A DNA stretch of 45,895 bases, from the IMG/VR virus record IMGVR_UViG_3300031732_000043, positions 1-45,895 of that record; one strand, given 5' to 3'. Positions 45,724-45,895 of the stretch are shown here, in pieces. Within the stretch, counting starts at the first letter, position 1, and every line of letters starts with the position of its first letter. The notes under the pieces are model-generated. The model was given only the letters and a program-made list of their open reading frames with translations. It did not search any database and was not told the origin of the DNA. The translations under genes and the position numbers were made by a program. Source of the stretch: a virus (Duplodnaviria > Caudoviricetes).

Positions 45724-45895
45724 ATGTCTGAAACTGATTACCTACAGTTCCCGGAACTGCCCCCTATCCCGAACGGTAAATACCGGACTGTGATGGCTGA
45801 TCCCCCGTGGGCATACGATGATGATCTTCCAGGCCCAGGTCGTGGATCAGGTTCCCATTACGATACCCTGCACGCTGGCAGCGTGGCTGGGATGG
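45724..45895 (+). CDS. MT-A70 family adenine methyltransferase, N-terminal part (3' truncated)
   Basis: Manual translation MSETDYLQFPELPPIPNGKYRTVMADPPWAYDDDLPGPGRGSGSHYDTL..., containing the DPPW catalytic motif. Confidence 0.88.
   Translation, partial: MSETDYLQFPELPPIPNGKYRTVMADPPWAYDDDLPGPGRGSGSHYDTLHAGSVAGM

Larger units (their letters stand above)
1..45895. mobile_element. Near-complete haloarchaeal tailed (siphovirus-like) virus genome, circularly permuted
   Basis: Complete head-tail gene set, acidic D/E-rich proteins, archaeal PCNA and Hjc, no sheath gene; one methyltransferase gene is split across the two ends. Confidence 0.92.

Overview
This window appears to be a near-complete genome (~45.9 kb) of a haloarchaeal tailed virus with siphovirus-type organisation. 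Its proteins are acidic, it encodes an archaeal PCNA and an Hjc resolvase, and it has no tail sheath gene. The contig opens inside an MT-A70 adenine methyltransferase gene whose 5' part lies at the right end and 3' part at the left end. Gene order: methylase, then PD-(D/E)XK nuclease; small and GpA-like large terminase; portal; gp7; protease-scaffold; capsid; neck; tail tube; +1-frameshifted tail chaperone; tape measure; tail tip; then about 15 kb of small early genes. No DNA polymerase, MCM helicase or integrase was recognised. The main unexplained signals are: (1) five dispersed intergenic copies of a hairpin plus H-type pseudoknot RNA motif with compensatory base changes, each ahead of an early gene block; (2) an iteron/palindrome origin-like array with a reverse-strand gene, inserted in the tail operon; (3) near-total avoidance of AGAG/GGAG/TGAG on both strands with very frequent GATC, broken by one foreign patch; (4) a nuclease fused to an MCM-like C-terminal winged helix; (5) two long structured non-coding regions. 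All family calls come from motif recognition by eye, not from database searches.
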